From Clostridia bacterium (GTDB lineage: Bacteria; Bacillota; Clostridia; UMGS1883), in NCBI GenBank assembly GCA_017505525.1, contig JAFVPB010000002.1:13100-77099 (forward strand): a stretch of 64,000 nucleotides of DNA, given 5' to 3'. The translations under genes were made by a program, and so were the position numbers. Every line of letters starts with the position of its first letter. Position 1 is the stretch's first letter. The notes beneath the pieces were generated by a model. That model saw nothing but the letters and a program-made list of their open reading frames with translations, did not search any database and was not told where the DNA came from. Positions 60,181 through 64,000 of the stretch are shown here, one piece after another.

Positions 60181-60208
60181 CGTAGGGGCTGGCGTCCCCG
60201 ACAGCCCG
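60181..60208. repeat. GC-rich hairpin repeat, copy C (CGTAGGGGCTG-GCGTCCCCGA-CAGCCCG)
   Basis: Same loop as copy B (GCGTCCCCGA), with the stem changed by two compensatory pairs. Confidence 0.7.
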
Positions 60209-60267
60209 CAAATATTTTAACATACAAAAAGCGGGAGGGCATCTGTGCCCTCCCCTGCATATAATAA

Positions 60268-60305
60268 AAAACCCGCCTCTTCTATGGAAAGAGGCGGGTT
60301 TTTTA
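60268..60305. terminator. strong bidirectional terminator downstream of pheT (AAAAAACCCGCCTCTT-loop-AAGAGGCGGGTTTTTT)
   Basis: 12-bp GC-rich inverted repeat flanked by A6/T6. Confidence 0.85.
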
Positions 60306-62666
60306 TTATATTCTCATTGTTACGCCCATACCCGTAAGATTTTCGATAATCTTATCAATATAGCTTTGAATTTCTTCCATAGAAAGTGTTTTTTCATTAG
60401 ATGAGAATGAAAGTCTTACAGTTATTGAAAGCTCTTTATCAAGCATATATGTGTCAACAAGCTTCACTCCCTCAAGCTCTGCTATGTTTTCGCTCTTCCA
60501 TGCTTCTTCTATTTCGGAATACTTTTTGCCGTTGGGAACAAGCGATAAATCGTAGCTTACTCCGGGGAATTTTGAAGGCTCTTTAAATTCGAGAGCTTTC
60601 TTTTCAGTTTCTGCAAAAGCATCGAGATCAATTTCAACAGCAACAACAGATGCATGCTTATCAATCTTTGAAAGATTTGATGGATGAAGAGTTGCTATCT
60701 CGCCTATAACTTTGTTATCAATGCTTATATGCGATGTGTTCTTCGGATGCTGCCAGTTATGCTTTGGAGCTATGCGGGTGAATGCAACGCTTGTGTGTCT
60801 TAATTCGTCGGCTATATACTTAACAATCTCAACTGCTTTGAAATAAAGGTCTTTTTCTGAAAGTGTTTTGTCGAAAAGAACTATTCCAAGATGGCGTTTT
60901 TCATTACAGGTGCCATCTTCCTTAACTCCGTCAACCACTCTTCCCGCTTCAAATATACCAAACGAAGGAGCAAACTGCCTGTTTTCATAAGCAAATGTGA
61001 GAAGCGAAGGAATCATTGAATTTCTGAGTGTTCCGTTTTCAGGTGTGGGAATATTCAAGATGGTAACATTCTTTTCAATATCGATACCAAGCTTTTTATA
61101 CTTTATACCGTCGCACCAGATATATGAATGAACTTCGTTTAATCTGTAGCGCTGAACAAGCATATCAAAAATTCTTTCTTTGTCGCTCTTTAAGTTAGAA
61201 TCTCTCACAGGATAAAGAGGGCTCTTCGTTGTTGTTATCTCGAAATTATCATAGCCGTAAATACGTGTGATTTCTTCGATAATATCAGCCTTTATTGTAA
61301 CGTCTTTAGTTGCTCTCCAGCTTGGAACGGTTACTTTAAACTCATCGTTTTCAAGCTCCACACCAAAACCAAGGCTTTCTAATGTTTCAAGAATTGTTTC
61401 GTTTGAAATTTCAATTCCTGTGTATCTGTCGACATAGGATTTATTGAACGAAAGCTTGATTTCGTCATATTGATTTGTATACTCGTCGCTTAAAAGTGAT
61501 GAAATCTTTGCATTTTCATCGATTTCTGTAAGAAGCTTAACAAATCTCTTTATTGCAACAACAGTAATTTCGGGGTCGAGTATTTTTTCGTAACGCATAC
61601 TTGCATCGGTACGAAGACCAAGCTTTGAAGAAGATTTTCTTACGCTTACGCCATCGAAGTTTGCCGATTCAAGCACAACACTGTTTGTGCCGTCAACAAT
61701 TTCCGAATCAAGACCACCCATAATACCTGCAATCGCAACAGGCTCGTCATTATTATAAATAAGAAGAGTATCTTTATCTATTTTTCTTTCAATGTCGTCA
61801 AGAGTTTTAAATGTAAGCTCGCTTTCGGGTGTGCCGACTTTGATGTTTTCAATCTTTGTTGCATCAAAAGCGTGCATCGGCTGACCAAGTTCAAGCATAA
61901 TGTAGTTTGTAAGGTCAGCAAGAAGATTGATTCCGCGCATTCCGCAGTAGTAAAGACGGATACGCATATTCATCGGGCTTACATTTTCCCTGATTGAAGA
62001 GATTTCAAGGCAGGAATAACGGTATACAAGGTCTGTGCGCTTAATCTCAACATCAATTTTTCTGTCGCCCTTATAATCAATTTCGCCAAGGGATAAAGGC
62101 TTGAGAGGTCTTTTGGTAAGTGCTGAAAATTCACGTGCTATACCATAGTGTCCCCAAAGGTCTGGGCGGTTTGTAAGTGATTTATTATCAACCTCGAAAA
62201 CAACGTCGTCGATATCAAATATTTCCTTTAAATCTGTTCCGTTTTTAAGCGAAGCATCGAGTATCATAATTCCGCTGTTTTCATCGCTTATGCCAAGTTC
62301 TGCTTCGCTGCAGCACATACCCTCTGATGTGTAGCCAGCTACCTTACATTTTGTAATCTCGCCGCCGGGCACTCTGCCGCCTGCTTTAACAAAGGCAACC
62401 TTTGCGCCAAGGCACGCATTGGGCGCACCGCACACGCAATCGTAAAGTCTGTCGCCTCCGTCTACCTTTAATATATGAAGCTTTTTAGATTCGGGATGGT
62501 TTTCAAACGAAACAATCTCGCCAACAACAACATCCTTAACATCGTTTCCTTTAAAATAAATATCTTCAACCTCAGCAGTGGAAAGAGTAAACTGCATAAT
62601 GAGCTTCTCAAGGTCGAGTCCTGTAAGGTCAACATATTCTTTTATCCAATTCATTGATACAAGCAT
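60306..62666 (-). CDS. pheT: phenylalanine--tRNA ligase beta subunit
   Basis: 786 aa. tRNA-binding N domain, B3/B4, B5 and FDX-ACB domains. Confidence 0.95.
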   Translation of the reverse strand: MLVSMNWIKEYVDLTGLDLEKLIMQFTLSTAEVEDIYFKGNDVKDVVVGEIVSFENHPESKKLHILKVDGGDRLYDCVCGAPNACLGAKVAFVKAGGRVPGGEITKCKVAGYTSEGMCCSEAELGISDENSGIMILDASLKNGTDLKEIFDIDDVVFEVDNKSLTNRPDLWGHYGIAREFSALTKRPLKPLSLGEIDYKGDRKIDVEIKRTDLVYRYSCLEISSIRENVSPMNMRIRLYYCGMRGINLLADLTNYIMLELGQPMHAFDATKIENIKVGTPESELTFKTLDDIERKIDKDTLLIYNNDEPVAIAGIMGGLDSEIVDGTNSVVLESANFDGVSVRKSSSKLGLRTDASMRYEKILDPEITVVAIKRFVKLLTEIDENAKISSLLSDEYTNQYDEIKLSFNKSYVDRYTGIEISNETILETLESLGFGVELENDEFKVTVPSWRATKDVTIKADIIEEITRIYGYDNFEITTTKSPLYPVRDSNLKSDKERIFDMLVQRYRLNEVHSYIWCDGIKYKKLGIDIEKNVTILNIPTPENGTLRNSMIPSLLTFAYENRQFAPSFGIFEAGRVVDGVKEDGTCNEKRHLGIVLFDKTLSEKDLYFKAVEIVKYIADELRHTSVAFTRIAPKHNWQHPKNTSHISIDNKVIGEIATLHPSNLSKIDKHASVVAVEIDLDAFAETEKKALEFKEPSKFPGVSYDLSLVPNGKKYSEIEEAWKSENIAELEGVKLVDTYMLDKELSITVRLSFSSNEKTLSMEEIQSYIDKIIENLTGMGVTMRI

Positions 62667-62678
62667 TTTCTCTCCCCC

Positions 62679-63707
62679 TTACTCGTTTTTAAACTGCGAT
62701 AAAGCCTTAAGGCTTCCGCTGTTGAACACTCTTATATCTTTTATTCCGTATTTCATCATTGCAAGTCTTGTAAGACCAAGACCGAATGCAAAACCTGTAT
62801 ATTCCTCAGGGTCGATTCCACCGTGCTTAAGCACATTCGGATGAATCATACCACAGGGGCAAAGCTCAAGCCAACCCGAGTTTTTACAAGACGGACAGCC
62901 CTCGCCACCGCAGATAAGGCACTCTATATCAAGTTCGAACCCAGGCTCCACAAACGGGAAAAATCCCGGACGAAGACGAACATTAATATCTTTCTGGAAA
63001 ACTTCCGAAAGCATAGTTTTCATAAAGTAGATAAGGTTTGAAATCGAAATATCCTTATCTATCATTATTCCTTCCATCTGGAAAAATGTGTTTTCGTGGC
63101 ACGCATCGGTTGATTCGTTACGGAAGCATCTTCCGGGGAACACTGCACGAAGAGGTGCACCGTATTTTTTCATAATGGCATTCTGTGCTGCCGATGTATG
63201 TGTTTTAAGCAGCTGATTTTCAGTGCTTAAATAGTAAGTGTCCTGCATATCACGTGCCGGATGGTGCTTAGGGATATTAAGTGCCTCAAAGCAATGATAA
63301 TCGTCAACAATCTCGCTATAGTCCTCGATTGCAAATCCCATACTTGCAAAAATTCTTTCAAGGTCGCGCTGGACAAGTGTGATGGGATGATATGATCCCA
63401 TATTTATTTCATACGGAAGCGACTCATCATATTGTTCAGCACTGTTTATAATTGCCTCTTCTTCCTTTTTAATAAGCTCTTCTTTTTTCTGCGCTATTGC
63501 GCTTTCAATTTCCTGCTTTAAAACGTTTACAAGTCTGCCGAATTCCTTTTTTTCTTCGTTAGGCACGTTTTTAAGCTCGCTCATAAGACCTGAAACCAAG
63601 CCTTTTTTACCAAGAAATTCAATTCGAAGCTCTTCAACTGCTTCTGAAGCTGTAATGGAATTTATTTTTTCTTCAAACAGCTTTTTTATTTCTTCAGCTT
63701 TACTCAT
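62679..63707 (-). CDS. pheS: phenylalanine--tRNA ligase alpha subunit
   Basis: ATG at 63707 (MSKAEEIKKLFEE...) with AGGAGG 6 nt upstream. Class II core motifs. The track ORF is extended (from a GTG) into the T-box leader. Confidence 0.93.
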   Translation of the reverse strand: MSKAEEIKKLFEEKINSITASEAVEELRIEFLGKKGLVSGLMSELKNVPNEEKKEFGRLVNVLKQEIESAIAQKKEELIKKEEEAIINSAEQYDESLPYEINMGSYHPITLVQRDLERIFASMGFAIEDYSEIVDDYHCFEALNIPKHHPARDMQDTYYLSTENQLLKTHTSAAQNAIMKKYGAPLRAVFPGRCFRNESTDACHENTFFQMEGIMIDKDISISNLIYFMKTMLSEVFQKDINVRLRPGFFPFVEPGFELDIECLICGGEGCPSCKNSGWLELCPCGMIHPNVLKHGGIDPEEYTGFAFGLGLTRLAMMKYGIKDIRVFNSGSLKALSQFKNE

Positions 63708-63721
63708 AATAATCCTCCTAT

Positions 63722-63990
63722 AAAAAAATCGCCCCCATAAAGGGACGAATAATTCGCGGTACCACCCTAATTCAAAGTTTGCACTTTGCACTTTTATGCT
63801 TTAACGCAGCATCACGTTCTGCTTAACGAAACCTTTTCACAGAAAGCTCCAACGCTGAAATTCAAAACAGGTTTACAGGAAAGGGCTTTCAGCCTACGAC
63901 CCTTTCTCTCTTAACCTTACGCCTGCTTCTACTTACACGCCTTCACAGCTTTTGGGTTATTTTCTTTTATCACAAAGCCTATGATATCAA
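63722..63990 (-). ncRNA. T-box riboswitch leader of pheST (Phe, UUC specifier)
   Basis: Conserved T-box AAUUAGGGUGGUACCGCG (plus 63755-63772). Terminator UCGUCCC-UUUAUG-GGGGCGA + U7 (plus 63722-63748). Stem-I AGAGAG and candidate specifier AUUUCAG (UUC followed by A) upstream. May continue slightly beyond the window edge. Confidence 0.8.
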
Positions 63991-64000
63991 AAATATTTTA

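Noticed and set aside
1-64000. CRISPR arrays, rRNA/tRNA genes, transposases or integrases
   Set aside because: I found no regularly spaced direct repeats, no rRNA/tRNA-like conserved segments, and no transposase or integrase-like ORFs anywhere in the window.

Overview
This looks like a low-GC Firmicutes chromosome segment, probably Clostridia. The organism is a spore-former, since a SigG-like sigma factor (256 aa) lies at 33350-34120. Nearly all of the window is core housekeeping, mostly on the minus strand. It carries the str operon (rpsL-rpsG-fusA-tuf), rpoB-rpoC, metK, recD2, comFC, trmFO-topA-dprA, rplT-rpmI-infC, sigG, pgi, galE, ptsHI, ricT/yaaT-holB, uvrC, mgtE, mltG and pheST. Gene order is unusual. 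rpoBC is not preceded by rplKAJL, tuf is not followed by the S10 operon, and an ABC-F ATPase plus a barnase/barstar pair sit between rpoC and rpsL. Accessory content is limited. It comprises a signal-peptide-less barnase-like RNase with adjacent barstar, a short YD-repeat surface protein, a DUF559 endonuclease-like ORF bracketed by inverted palindromes, a beta-lactamase-family serine hydrolase, a large membrane protein plus a MOP-type flippase, an AraC/oxidoreductase sugar-like cluster, and a CapD-like sugar dehydratase. RNA elements I can support are a T-box (Phe, UUC specifier) leader on pheS and an L20-type attenuator leader with an AUU start on infC. The rpoB 5' UTR has an unusual structure with two stem-loops carrying identical 12-nt loops. 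A family of GC-rich hairpin repeats shows compensatory covariation. A 700-bp non-coding region (59601-60305) contains a GC-rich structured element, iteron-like AT-rich repeats, and a promoter/terminator pair that could frame an sRNA. I found no CRISPR array, rRNA or tRNA, and no obvious complete mobile element. I could not point to a single clearly novel multi-gene system. The most interesting candidates are the barnase/barstar module, the rpoB leader, the repeat family, the DUF559 cassette and the 59.6-60.3 kb region. Start codons in the ORF track can be GTG/TTG, and several starts were re-called from RBS context.
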